Below are positions 13,004-24,346 of a stretch of 47,722 bases of DNA, in pieces. The translations under genes and the position numbers were made by a program. Each line of letters opens with the position of its first letter. The stretch's first letter is position 1. Source of the DNA: Chiloscyllium plagiosum (lineage: Eukaryota); NCBI RefSeq assembly GCF_004010195.1, contig NW_025214631.1, positions 1-47,722 of the forward strand, in the 5' to 3' direction. The notes below the pieces were generated by a model. It was given only the letters and a program-made list of their open reading frames with translations, was not told the origin of the DNA and did no database searches.

Positions 13004-14985
13004 CCATAGAGCAGTATAAGCCCTTCGGCCCTCGATGTTGCACTGACCTGTGAAACCAATCTGAAGTCCTTCTAACCTACACTATTCCATTCTCATACAT
13101 ATGTTTATCCAATGACCATTTAAATGCCTTTAAAATTGGTGAGTCTACTATTGTTCCAGGCAGTGTGTTTCACACCCCTACTGCTGTGAGTAAAGAAATA
13201 ACTTCTGACATCAGTCTTATATCTATCATCCCTCAATTTAAAGCTATGTCCCCTCAAGTGAGCCAGCGCCATCTGAGGAAATAGACTCTCACAATCCACC
13301 CTATCTAACCCTCTCATCATCTCATATATCTCAATTAAGTCACCTCTCAACCTTCTACTCCCTAACGAAAACAGCCTCAAGTCCCTCAGCCTTTCCTCAT
13401 AAGACCATCCCTCCATATCAGAAAACATCCTAGTAAATCTCCTTTGCACCCATTCCAAAACCTCCACATCCTTCCTAAAATGCGGTGACCAGAACTGCAC
13501 GCAATACTCCAAGTGTGGCCACACCAGAGTTTTGTACAGCTGCAACATGACCTCATGGCTCCAAAACTCAATTCCTCTACCAATAAAAGCTAACACACCA
13601 TAGGCCTTCTTAACAACCCTATCAACTTGGGTGGCAACTTTCAGGGATTTATGTACGTGGTCTCCAAGGTCCCTCTGCACATCCACACTACCAAGAATCT
13701 TTCCATTGACCCAGTATTCTGCCTTCCTGTTATTCTTCCCAAAGTGCATTACCTCACATTTAGCTACATTGAACTCCATTTGCCACCTCTCAGCCCAATT
13801 CTACACTTAATCCAAGTCCCCCTGCAACCTGTAACATTCTTCCACACTGTCCACTATTCCACCGACTTTAGAGTCGTCTGCAGATTTACTAATCCATCCA
13901 CCTGTGCCTGCATCTAAGTTATTTATCAAAATGACAAACAGCAGTGGTCTCAAAACAGATCCTTGTGGCACACCATGAGTAACCGGACTCCAGGCTGAAT
14001 ATTTTCCATCAACCACCACTCGCTGCCTTCTTTCAGAAAGCCAGTTTCTAATCCAAACTGCTAAATCACCCTCAATTCCATGCCTCTGCATTTTTTCCAA
14101 AAACCTACCATGTGGAACCTTATCAAAGACTTTACTGAAGTCCATGTAGACCACACCAACTGCCCGACCCTCATCTACATGCTTGGTCACTTTCTCAAAA
14201 AACTCAATGAGGTTTGTGAGACATGACCTGCCCCTGATGAAACCATGTTGACTATCTGAAATCAAATTGTTGCTTGCTAGATGATTATAAATCTTATCTC
14301 TTATAATCCTTTTCAAAACCTTTCCTACAACAGAAGTAATGCTCACTGGTCTATAATTACCTGGGTCATCTCTGCTGCCCTTCTTGAACAAGGACACAAC
14401 ATTTGCAATCCTCCAGTCCTCAGGTACTAAACCTGTAGACAATGACAACTCAAATATCAAAGCCAAAGGCTCTGCTATCTCCTCCCTAGCTTCCCAGAGA
14501 ATCCTCGGATAAATCCCATCCAACCCAGGGGACTTTTCTACTTTCACTCCTTCTAGAATTGATAACACCTGTTTGTAACTAACCTCGATCCTTTCTAGTC
14601 TAATATCTCGTATCTTGTTCTTCTCCTCTACAATATTCTCCTCTTGCTGAGTGAAAACCGATGAGAAATGTTCATTTAGCACCTTTCCGATCTCCACAGG
14701 GTCCACACTCAACTTCCCACTTCTGTCTTTGACTGGCCCTATTCCTACCCTAGTCATCCTTTTATTCCTCACATACCTATAGAAAGCTTTAGGGTTCTCC
14801 TTCATTCTATTTGCTAAAGACTGCTCATGTCCTCTCTTTGTTCTTCTTAACTCTCTCTTTAAATCCTTCCTAGCTGATTTGTAACTCTCCATTGCCTCAT
14901 CTGAACCACTCGTTTCATCATCACATAAGCCTCTTTCGTCCGCTTAACAAGAGATGCAATTTCTGTAGTAAACCACGGTTCCCTT
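13004..14985 (-). mobile_element. CR1-type LINE, 5'-truncated RT
   Basis: Minus ORFs 13807-14892 (361 aa; [15 protein letters not shown]) and 13120-13779. Confidence 0.93.
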
Positions 14986-15013
14986 ACCTTACCTTACCTT
15001 ACCTTACCTTACC
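14982..15013 (+). repeat. (CCTTA)n microsatellite, about 6 units
   Basis: ccttaccttaccttaccttaccttaccttacc at a junction between LINE fragments. Confidence 0.85.
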
Positions 15014-15014
15014 C

Positions 15015-16315
15015 ACTGAAGTAAGGCTCACTGGCCTATAATTACAAGGGCTGTTTCTCCTCCCCTTCTTGAGCAAGGGCTATCCTCCAGTTTTCTGACA
15101 TTATTCCCGTAGACAACTCACAACTCCCCGCACAACCTTCCCACTACTGTTCTTGATTGGCCCTAAACTTACTCTAATCATTCTTTTATTCCTGATAGAC
15201 CTATAGAAAGCTTTAGAGTTTTCCTTGATCCTACCTGCCAATGACTTCTCATGTCCCCTCCTGGCTGTTCTTAGTTCTCTCTTTAGGTCTTTCCTGGCTA
15301 ACTTGTAACTCTCAAGTGCCCTAACTGAGCCTCATGTCTCATCTTCACATAAGCCTTCTTCTTTCTCTTGACAAGAGATTCAACTTCCTTAGTAAACACA
15401 GCTCCCTCACTCAACCACTTTCTCCCTGCCTGACAAGGTACATATGTATCAAGAACATGGAGTAGCTGTTCCTTGAATATGCTCCATATTTCAATTGTGT
15501 CCTTCCCCTGCAGTTTCTTTCCCCATTCTATGTGTCCTAATTCTTGCCTAATCACATCATAATTACCATTCTCCCTTTCCATCATTAAAGTAAACATAAC
15601 CGAATTGTGATCACTATCACCAAAATGCTCACCTACCTCCAAATCTAACACCTGGCCTGGTTCATTACTCAGTACCAAATCCAATGTGGCCTCACCCCTT
15701 GTTGGCCTGTCTACATACTGTATCAAGAAACTCTCCTGCACACATTTGTCAAAAATTGACCCATCTAAAGTACTCGAACTATAGTATTTCCAGTCAATAT
15801 TCAGAAAAGTGGGCGGCACGGTGGCACAGTGGTTAGCACTGCTGCCTCACAGTGCCAGAGACCCGGGTTCAATTCCCGACTCAGGGAACTGACTGTGTGG
15901 AGTTTGCACATTCTCCCCATGTCTGCGTGGGTTTCCTCCCACAGTCCACAGTCCAGTCAGGTGAATTGGCCATGCTAAATTGTCCGTAGTGTTAGGTAAA
16001 GGGGTAAATGTAGGGAAATGGGTAGGTTGCGCTTCGGCGGGTCGGTGTGGACTTGTTGGGCCGAAGGGCCTGTTTCCACACTGTAAGTAATCTAATCTAA
16101 ATAAAATTAAAAACTACCCTGTTACCTTCGCTCCTATCCAGAATCATCTTTGTTACCCTTTCCTGTATATCTCTGGAGCTGTATAAAACTTCCAACAGGG
16201 CAACCTTTCCTTTCATGTTTCTAACCTCAGCAGATGAGTCTTCAAATGTCCTTTCTGCCATGTAATACTACCCTTGACTAACAATGCCACGCCTCCCCCT
16301 TTTACCACCTTTGTT
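15015..16315 (-). mobile_element. CR1-type LINE endonuclease/linker fragments, interrupted by a SINE at 15811-16101
   Basis: Minus ORF 15298-15819 (YVDRPTRGEATLDLVL..GDSDH); endonuclease sequence resumes after 16102. Confidence 0.85.
15811..16101 (+). mobile_element. HE1-like tRNA-derived SINE
   Basis: Head gggcggcacggtggcacagtggttagcactgctgcctcacag..gggttcaattccc (A and B boxes); 3' end gggccgaagggcctgtttcc shared with the LINE tail; (TAATC)n terminus. Confidence 0.9.
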
Positions 16316-16404
16316 GTTTTTACAGATAGAGAAATCTATAAATGTGGAAAATTTCTGATATGAGTCAGACGTTGAGATTATTCAAAGAAGTGAAATTAAT
16401 TTAC

Positions 16405-16749
16405 CATTAACTGTTAACATGACAGAGTATTTTGTAGATTTTCCATCTGATGTTGTTGCTTCGAGTTCATATATTCCTTCATCACTCAGCTGGATATTTT
16501 TCAGCAATAACTCCAATTTGGAGTGGGAGAAATTCACTCGGTTTTTAAAAGAATCTGAGATATATGGGATGGGGGAACTGGGTGAAAATATGAGGATGGA
16601 TCTTACTGTCTCATTTTGAATTACTCTCCACTCCAAACTAAACACTTCGTTTGGCTGACTGATGTTTTGCATCATGGGTAGGAGTACAGTTTCAAAAATC
16701 GTTCCATGTATTGTTTTCTGTTGGGCAGCTGCCAGCACTAACCTTCTCC
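16405..16749 (-). CDS. Exon encoding an N-terminal Ig V-type domain lacking the canonical Cys pair (CD2/SLAM/CD48/HEPACAM-like receptor)
   Basis: Polypyrimidine tract and acceptor tttcttttgaag| at 16750; donor AATG|gtaaat at 16404; 345 nt, phase 1-1. Translation RRLVLAAAQQKTIHGTIFETVLLP..LEWR..FKNRVNFSHSKLELLLKNIQLSDEGIYELE..VMLTVN contains the IgV W, R-V-x-F, L-x-L-x-N-I-Q and D-E-G-x-Y motifs. Confidence 0.92.
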
Positions 16750-16867
16750 CTTCAAAAGAAAGAAAAATATTCACAAAGTAAGAACATATTACACAGAACA
16801 ATCATCTCTCAAAATTTCTATTTCAGTAATTGATAAAATCTGACCTAATTTTCTACTCTAATTGTTC

Positions 16868-17107
16868 AGAACATCAGAGGTAGGTTCTTTACACAGAGAG
16901 TTGTGAATGCATGGAATGCGTTACGAGCGGCGGTGGTGGAAGTGAAGTAATTAAGGACATTTAAGTGACTGCTGGACATGCACATGGATAGCAGTGAGTT
17001 GAGGGGTGCATAGGTTAAGTTACTATATTTTACATTAGGATTAGGTCTCGGCACAACATCGTGGGCCTAAGGGCCTGTTCTGTGCTGTACTTTTCTACGT
17101 TCTATGT
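16868..17107 (+). mobile_element. CR1-type LINE 3' end fragment
   Basis: Near-identical in structure to 11700-11925 (ggcacaacatcgtgggc..gggcctgttctgtgctgtac). Confidence 0.85.
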
Positions 17108-17199
17108 AATTGACAAGAATTCCCACAGAGAGAAGTGCAATTCTCTTATTACAACATTAATCCTCACTAAAATACTAATACTGCAGTACTCATTAAATA

Positions 17200-17490
17200 C
17201 CAAAAGTGTAGATAGAGGCCACTCAGTCCATCGAGGATCCACCGACCCTTTGGAGAGCATCCTATCCTGTCTATTTCCATAATCCTATATTTCCCATGGC
17301 TAATTCACCTAGCCTGTACATCCTTGGATTGTAAGGGCAATTTAACCTGACAAAGCTATGTATTCTGCATGTCTTTGGACTGTGGGAGGACCAGAGCCGC
17401 TAGAAGGAACCCACACGGACACAGGGAGAATGTGTAAGCTCCTGACAGTCAGTCACCCAAGAGTGGGATTGAATCCAGGTCCCTGGCAGG
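17200..17490 (-). mobile_element. Degraded HE1-like SINE
   Basis: gtctttggactgtgggagg..ggaacccacacggacacagggagaatgtg..gggattgaatccagg is the reverse complement of the SINE body. Confidence 0.75.
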
Positions 17491-17739
17491 AGTGATAAAC
17501 ACTGACATATCATGTTGTCTGGTGAGGGAACAGAACTTCTTTAGGAGAAAGGTCATTGAGTGATGGTGAGGTGTGACTGGTCAGAGCTGAAGTGAGGATG
17601 TGTGAAAGGCTATGGTTGGTGACAAGGATTAGTTTAGGCCAGGATGTGGGAAGAAAGGAGATGGGAGAGGGAGAAGGTGGGAGAGGATGGTGGGGGGGAG
17701 GGGATTGACGGAGATGGGGAAGAATATAGAGCAAGCAAC

Positions 17740-18617
17740 ATTGAACAGTACAGATTAGTACAGGTCCTTTAGCCCTTGATGTTGTGTCAGCCTTCTATCC
17801 TACTCTAAGATCAGACTAACCTCCAGACCCTTCATTGTACTATCTTCCATATTCCTTTCCAAGAGTCACTTCAATTTCCCTAATGTATCTGACTCTACTA
17901 CCACTGATGACAGTGCATTCCACACACCCACCACTCTCTGAGTAAAGAATCAACCTCTGACATCTCCCATAAACCTTCCTCCAATCACCTTAAAATTATG
18001 TCCCCTCATGATGGCCACTTCCGCCCTGGGAAAAAGTCTCTGGCTATCCACTCTATGCCTCTCATCACCTTGTACCCCTCTATCAAGTCACCTCTCATCC
18101 TTCTTTGCTCCAATGAGAAAAGCCTAGCCCCCTCAACCTTTCTTCATAAAACATTCTCTCCAATCCATGCAACATCCTGGTAAATCTCTTCTGCCCCCTC
18201 TCTAAAGATTCACATCTTTCCTATAATGAGGCAACCAGAACTGAACACAATATTCCAAGTGTGGTCTAACCAGGGTTCTAGAAAGCTGCAACATAACCTC
18301 ACGGCTTTCGAACTCTATCCCTCTGCTAATGAAAGCCAACACACCCATATGGCTGCTTAACAACCTTATCAACTTGGGTAGCAACTTTGAGGGATCTATG
18401 GACATGGACCCCAAGATCCCTCTGTTCCTTCACACTGCCAAGAATCCTACCTTTAACCCTGTAATGTGCGTCAACTTTGACCTTCCAAAGTGAATCACTC
18501 CACACTTTTCTAGGTTAAACTCCATCTGCCTCTTATCAGCCCAGTTCTGCATCCTGTCAATGTCCCATTGCAACCTAAAACAGCTCTCGACACTATCCAC
18601 CATTCCACCAATCTTTG
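17740..18617 (-). mobile_element. CR1-type LINE 3' portion
   Basis: Minus translations TKIGGMVDS..MEFNLEKC and LVRPHLEYCVQFW. Confidence 0.88.
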
Positions 18618-18799
18618 TGGGGATGGAGTCGGGACCGGGAGAGAAGAGGGGTGGACTAGCTAGGCAACAGCTGGGTGACTGGTTGTGGGTTCTCCTCTGT
18701 TCTCCAGAGCAATGCTCACACCTCCCCCCTCCCCCTACCCTCGGTACTCCAACCCAGGTCATGACACAGGGATCCCCTCATCTCCAGTCATCCTTCCAC

Positions 18800-19112
18800 A
18801 CACCCAGTGGGCCCTGACTCCATCTCATAACCTTAATGATCATCAGAATCTCTCTAAACCCCTGCCTCATTACCCTAACCCCCTGCCTTGTCTCCCTAAC
18901 CCCCGTCTTGTCTCCCTAACCCGCAATCTCGTCTCCCTGACTCATCTGTCTCATCTCCCTGATCCCTTTGTTTCATCTCTCTGACACCCCCTTTCGTCTC
19001 CCTGATCCCTTCGTCTTATCTCTGTGAAACCCCTCCATCTCATCTCCTTGAGCACTCTCTCATCTCCCTGACACCCCAATTTTGACTCCCTGACTCCCCA
19101 ATCTCGTCTCCA
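18800..19112 (+). repeat. Pyrimidine-rich degenerate minisatellite (tctccctgac/taacccc units)
   Basis: Recurrent (g/a)tctccct(g/a)a motifs. Confidence 0.7.
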
Positions 19113-19675
19113 TGATGTGGATGTGGTCTACCTAGACTTCCAAAAGGCCTTTGATAAGGTGCCTCATGGGAGGCTGCTGAGCAAGGTGAGGGCCCATGGT
19201 GTTCGAGGTGAGCTACTGGTATGGATAGAGGATAGGCTGTCTGACAGGAGGCAGAGAGTTGGGATAAAAGGTTCTTTTTCGGAATGGCAGCCGGTGACAA
19301 GTGGTGTCCCGCAGGGTTCAGTGTTGAGGCTGCAGCTGTTCACGTTATATATTAATGATCTGGATGAAGGGACTGGGGGCATTCTAGTGAAGTTTGCCGA
19401 CGATACAAAGTTAGGCGGATAGTCAGGTAGTACTGAGGAAGTGGGGAGGCTGCAGAAGGATCTAGACAGTTTGGAGTAGTGGTCCAGGAAATGGATGATG
19501 GAATTCAATGTGAGCAAATGCGAGGTCTTGCACTTTGGGAAAAAGAATAGAAGCATGGATTACTTTCTAAACGGTGAGAAAATTCATAAAGCCAAAGTAC
19601 AAAGGGATCTGGGAGTGCTAGTCGAGGATTCTCTAAAGGTAAACATGCAGGTTGAGTCCGTGATTAAGAAAGCAC
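19113..19675 (+). mobile_element. CR1-type LINE RT core fragment
   Basis: [34 protein letters not shown]. Confidence 0.9.
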
Positions 19676-19904
19676 ACATGCACTCGTGCTGTTATACCCA
19701 TGGCTCATTTTTAACTTGTACTGTGCCCAAATTACATATGTTTGGTTCAAGGTATCATCATAGTACACATTATATCAAAGGTTTATTTCATTAAACCAAC
19801 ATTGTGGGCACAATGTGCATTTTAAATTTATGATACGTATCCGTGTATATGTTCAATGAATACAGATGAGTTTATTCTGCACATTGTTATTTTTGTAGTA
19901 TTCA

Positions 19905-20069
19905 CATTCAAGGCAGAAATTGATAAATTCTTGATGTCACAAGGAATTAAGGGCTACGGGGAGAATGCGGGTAAGTGGAGTTGAAATGCCCATCAGCCAT
20001 GATTGAATGGCGGAGTGGACTCGATGGGCCGAATGGCCTTACTTCCGCTCCTATGTCTTATGGTCTTAT
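19905..20069 (+). mobile_element. CR1-type LINE 3' end
   Basis: gatgggccgaatggccttacttccgctcctatgtcttatggtcttat terminus. Confidence 0.8.
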
Positions 20070-20104
20070 AACCTTCTTATTGTTGCGCTGTAGATCATGT
20101 ATGT

Positions 20105-20725
20105 GTGCATTTATCGGACATAGGGCTGAGCCAGCATTTATTGACAATCCCTTAAAGCTTATTCAGATATTTAGAGTCCCCACAAGCTGAGGGTCTAGAG
20201 TGACACGTGGGTCAGACTCAGTAAGGACAGTACATTTCCTTCCCTAAAGGACACAGTTTAAAAATAAAGGGTAGGCCATTTAGAACAAAGTTGAGGAGAA
20301 ACTTCTTCACTCAGAGAGAAGTTGATATATGGAATGCTCTGCCCAGGAGGCAGTGAAGGCCAAGTCACTGGATACTTTCAAGAAAGAGATGGATAGAGTT
20401 CTTAGAGATAGAGGAATCAAGGGTTATGGGGATGAGGCAGGAACAGAATACTGATTGTGGATGATCAGCCATGATCATAATGAATGGTGGTGCTGGCTCG
20501 AAGGGCCGAATGGCCTACTCCTGCACCTATTGTCTATTGACAGTTGTGAAGTAGATGCTTTTCTTCCTAAAGACAGTCAACATCGGTTACATGATCACAG
20601 TCGCATCAGCTCTTTATTCCAGATTTTATTGATTTCAAATGTCATGGTCTACCACAGGCCCAGAACATTAACTTGAAGTTCTGGATTACTAGTCCAGTGA
20701 CAGTATCACTATTCAATACCTCCTC
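20105..20725 (-). mobile_element. Second-family SINE split by a plus-strand LINE 3' fragment (~20254-20540)
   Basis: Halves match 6023-6550 (gggtctagagtgacacgtgggtcagac; ctggattactagtccagtga); the insert ends in ctcctgcacctattgtctattg. Confidence 0.7.
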
Positions 20726-22288
20726 TGTATAAATGGTCACGTTGACTAAAGCTCCACCTCTTTCTTCATGACCTGGGTAACATCTTCCTTGATAAAGACA
20801 GCTACAAAGAATTCATTGACTATATCAGACATGACTCCTACCTTTATGTGTAATGTCCTTAGTAATTCCTAATCAGCTCTATGCCTTTTATATTTCTTTC
20901 ACTATTTAGATAGCTATAGCTTCTTATTGTTTTTAGCTGCCAATTACTTTTCATGCTCCCCCTTTGTATTGCTTATTTTCTTTTACACCATCACTTTCAA
21001 ACTTCCTGACACCTGACTACTTTTTCTTATTTTTTCTGTCCTCTGTCATCCACGGAACGATGGATTTATTTTTTACCCTTCCTTTTCAGAGGGAATGTAC
21101 TTTAACTTTGCCCAAAACATCTTTTTGAAGGTAATCTGTTCTTATGTTTGTGTATTTCCCACAAAACTTTGACTCAACTCTGTCAAGCTCAGATCTGTTC
21201 CTGCTCCAATGGCTTTCCCTGAATTAATTATTCTCAGTCTCATTGTCCATCATCTTTTTCCATAGTCAACCTAAAATCTGAGTCAATACCTCCTTAATAC
21301 TGACTCCCATCACTCACTGTTCTGTACGTGACTCACATCAATTCTGTCCCATAACATAACTGCAGCTACTCTCTTGTCCCATCACTTACTGCTGTATACA
21401 GTCCAACTATGCTGTACTTGGGACTCCTGTCACACCGAGGACTAGATTTGATCCCATTCCTTCCTGCAGTACAGGTGACTCAGTTGCTCTCTTGACTTCA
21501 TGTGACACTGTTCAACACTGATCTATATGTGACTCCTGTCCCACACTGGTCTGCACATAACTCCTATCACTCACCATTCCACAACAGAGTCCTTTTCCTC
21601 CCTAGTCTACATATAAGTCCTGTCCCTCTCTGTTCTATACAGGACTGTTGTGCCTCTTGCTTTCCTTGTGGCTTTTGCCCCACTTTGGCCCATACGTCAC
21701 TCCAACTCCACGTTAGTTTATTCTTGACTCAGACTTCTGTTCCTCTCTATCCCTCCCTGTCCGTCTATCCCTCTCAGTTTATACATAACTTCTATCTTTC
21801 TTGCATCTCCATGTGACTCCTGTCCTAATCTGACCTACACATGACACCCTTTCCTCTCTTGTATATAATTCTGGACTGTCTACAGATATATGTGACTCCT
21901 GTTAAACTCTAGTCTGCAGGTAACTCCTGTCCCTCTGCCAACTCCACGTGACTCCTACCAAATCTGATCTATATGTAACTCTTGCCGCTCTCCAATCTAT
22001 TCTTGACCGCTCAATTTCTTCAGTTGAATCATGACTCTTGTCCATTTCAAGTCTATGTCTGATTCCTGCCCCTAACTGTTCCATACGTGTTTCACATCGC
22101 TCTCTCATTCAAACAGAACTCCTGTCCAATTCTGATCTATATGCATTGCCGATCCCTCACTGCTGTAAAGGTAACTCCTATACGTGATTCCTGTCCCACC
22201 ATGGTCTACATATGATCCCATTCCTTCATGCTGTACAGGTGACTCCCTTCCCTCTCTCTGTCTTCATGTGACACCTGTCCAATACAGA

Positions 22289-22420
22289 TAGAACATAGAA
22301 CACTACAGCGCAGTACAGGCCTTCAGCCCTTGATGTTCCACCAACCTGTGGAAGCTATCTGAAGCCCATCTAACCTACACTATTCCTTTTTCATCCATAT
22401 GTCTATCCAATGACTATTTC
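22289..22420 (-). mobile_element. LINE 3' tail fragment inserted in the array
   Basis: tagaacatagaacactacagcgcagtacaggcc..gaagcccatctaacctacac. Confidence 0.85.
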
Positions 22421-22670
22421 AATTATACGTATGTGAGTCCTGTCCCTCTCAGGATTACACATAACTCCTGCTCCTCACTACATTATAAGACACACTATCC
22501 TTCTCTGATCTATCCGTAAATCCTGTCCCAATCTGCTCTACATGTAACTCCTGTCCTTCCCTGCTCAATATGAGACCCCTCCCACCATGGCCTAAATTTG
22601 TTCCTATTCTTCCCTACTCTACAGGTGAATCCAATTCCTCTCCTGAATTCACATGACATCTGACCAACAC

Positions 22671-22752
22671 CATAGAACATAGAACATAGAAGAATACAGC
22701 GCAGTACAGGCCCTTGGGCCCTCGATGTTGCGCCGATCCAAGCCCACCTAAA
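22671..22752 (-). mobile_element. LINE 3' tail fragment inserted in the array (same subfamily as 25428-28736)
   Basis: Near-exact reverse complement of 28652-28733. Confidence 0.9.
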
Positions 22753-24223
22753 ACTGACCCATCTAACGAACTTGAGCTATAGCTTTCCCAATCAACCAGT
22801 CTATATGTGACTCCTGTCCCTCTCTTGTCTATTCTTGACTGCTTTCTTCAGTCAAAGCATGACTCCTGTCCATCTCAAGTCTATGTCTGACTTTGCTCCT
22901 ATCTGTTACAAACGTATCTCCTGTCCCTCTCTCACCCATATGTGACTCCTGTTCACTGCTGATCAGTACATGTCTCCCACCCACCTCTGGTGTATTCGTA
23001 ACTCCTGTCCCATTCAGGTCTATATATCATACAGTCTCTCTCTGGTTTAAATGAGGCTCCCACATATGATTCCAATCCCACTCTAATCTATTCTTGACTC
23101 ATGACTCCAGTTCCTCTCTCTGCCTCCCTGCCCGTCTATCCCTCTTAGTCTATAAGTGAAATTCATTTGTCTTGTATCTCTGCATGACTCCTGTCCTAAT
23201 CTGAACTATATGTAACTCCCTTTCCTCTCTTGTCTATATGTGACTCCAGACCATCTCTTGACTATATGTGATTCCAGTCCAACTCTGGTCTATAGGTAAC
23301 TCCCACTCTCTGCTAACTCCACGTGACTCCTTCCAAATTTGATCTATATGTGACTCTCTTGTAGATACGTAACTCCTGTCCCATGAATCCTGTCTCTCTT
23401 TAGTCCACACATGTCTCCTCTCCCACCCTGATCTATACCTGAACCCCTGTCCCTCTCCTGACTTCATGTGACATCAGTCTGACTCTGATCTATATGTGAC
23501 TCGTGTCCTTCTCTGGTCTGCAGATGCGTTCTGCCTCTCTCTCCTCTACAAGTAATTGTTGCCCCTCTCTGCTCTACGTGTGACTTTGATCCCACTCTAT
23601 TCTTGGTTCCTGATTCTCTCCGGTTGATTCAAGATTCCTGACCAATTTTAGTCCGTATGCAACTCTTGCCCAACTCTGGTCTACAGGTAATTACCGTGCC
23701 TTTCCCAACTCCATTCCTGTCCTAATCTGATCTATAAGTGACTCCTGTCCATCTTTTATCGACATGCGATTCCCATCTGTCTCTTATCTGTATATGAGTC
23801 CTGTCCCACTCTGCTCTACATGTGACCCTCATCCCACTCTTGTTTACACCTGATTCCTGTCCCAGTCATTCCTATCCTTGACCCCTGTCCCTCTCTGTTC
23901 TATACATGACTCTGAACCATCTCTGATCTCTACAGGACTCTCGTCCCCTTGAAATGTGCATGACTCCTGCGCCTCTCCACTCTACAGGTGACTCCTGACC
24001 CTCTCTGCTTTACATGTGACTCCTGTCCTCCTTGATATACATGGGACCCCTGTCCCACTCTGCTCTCCACATGAGTCCTGTCCCTTTCTGGGCTACATGA
24101 GATTCTCTGCAGTGGAGGGTCTAATCTCAGTGTGGAGTTGATGTTTGGATCTGGCTCTAGGCCACAGCATTATCAGTTCCTGTTCAATGCTCGTTTGTGG
24201 GTTTTAGACCCTGTCACTGGCAG

Positions 24224-24346
24224 CAGCTGACACCCACAGACATATTTCTTACTCAAAGTAAACCCATAGTTGAACAGGAAAAACAAAGCTGAATACTGAG
24301 AAAACAGGAAGTGAAATGTAAGCTCGGGTCTGACCATTAAACCACA
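24224..24346. promoter_or_regulatory. Cluster of haematopoietic TF motifs (ETS-IRF composite, Runx, E-box)
   Basis: GGAAGTGAAA at 24307-24316 (EICE consensus GGAAnnGAAA), AACCACA at 24340-24346, CAGCTG at 24224-24229; another TGTGGTT at 24644-24650. Motif matches only. Confidence 0.35.
24253..24337 (-). CDS. Alternative candidate leader exon (MVRPELTFHFLFSQYSALFFLFNYGFTL-R)
   Basis: ATG at 24337, open hydrophobic peptide, phase-1 donor TTGA|gtaaga at 24252, in frame with the IgV exon; lies in unique sequence. Confidence 0.4.

Larger units (their letters stand above)
21290..24110 (+). repeat. Degenerate ~28-bp tandem array (consensus approx. ATGTGACTCCTGTCCCACTCTGATCTAT) with higher-order duplications
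   Basis: Dozens of gtgactcctgtcc / tctgatctatatgtgac units; the plus strand is strongly C/T-rich. Confidence 0.9.

Noticed and set aside
14982..15013. Interstitial telomeric repeat
   Set aside because: The unit is CCTTA/TAAGG, not vertebrate TTAGGG; it appears expanded from a LINE-internal ccttacc.
15811..15885. tRNA gene
   Set aside because: The tRNA-like head continues into a SINE body and LINE-like tail.
21290..24110. Possible CRISPR-like array
   Set aside because: Units are contiguous and degenerate with no unique spacers and no cas genes; the context is eukaryotic.
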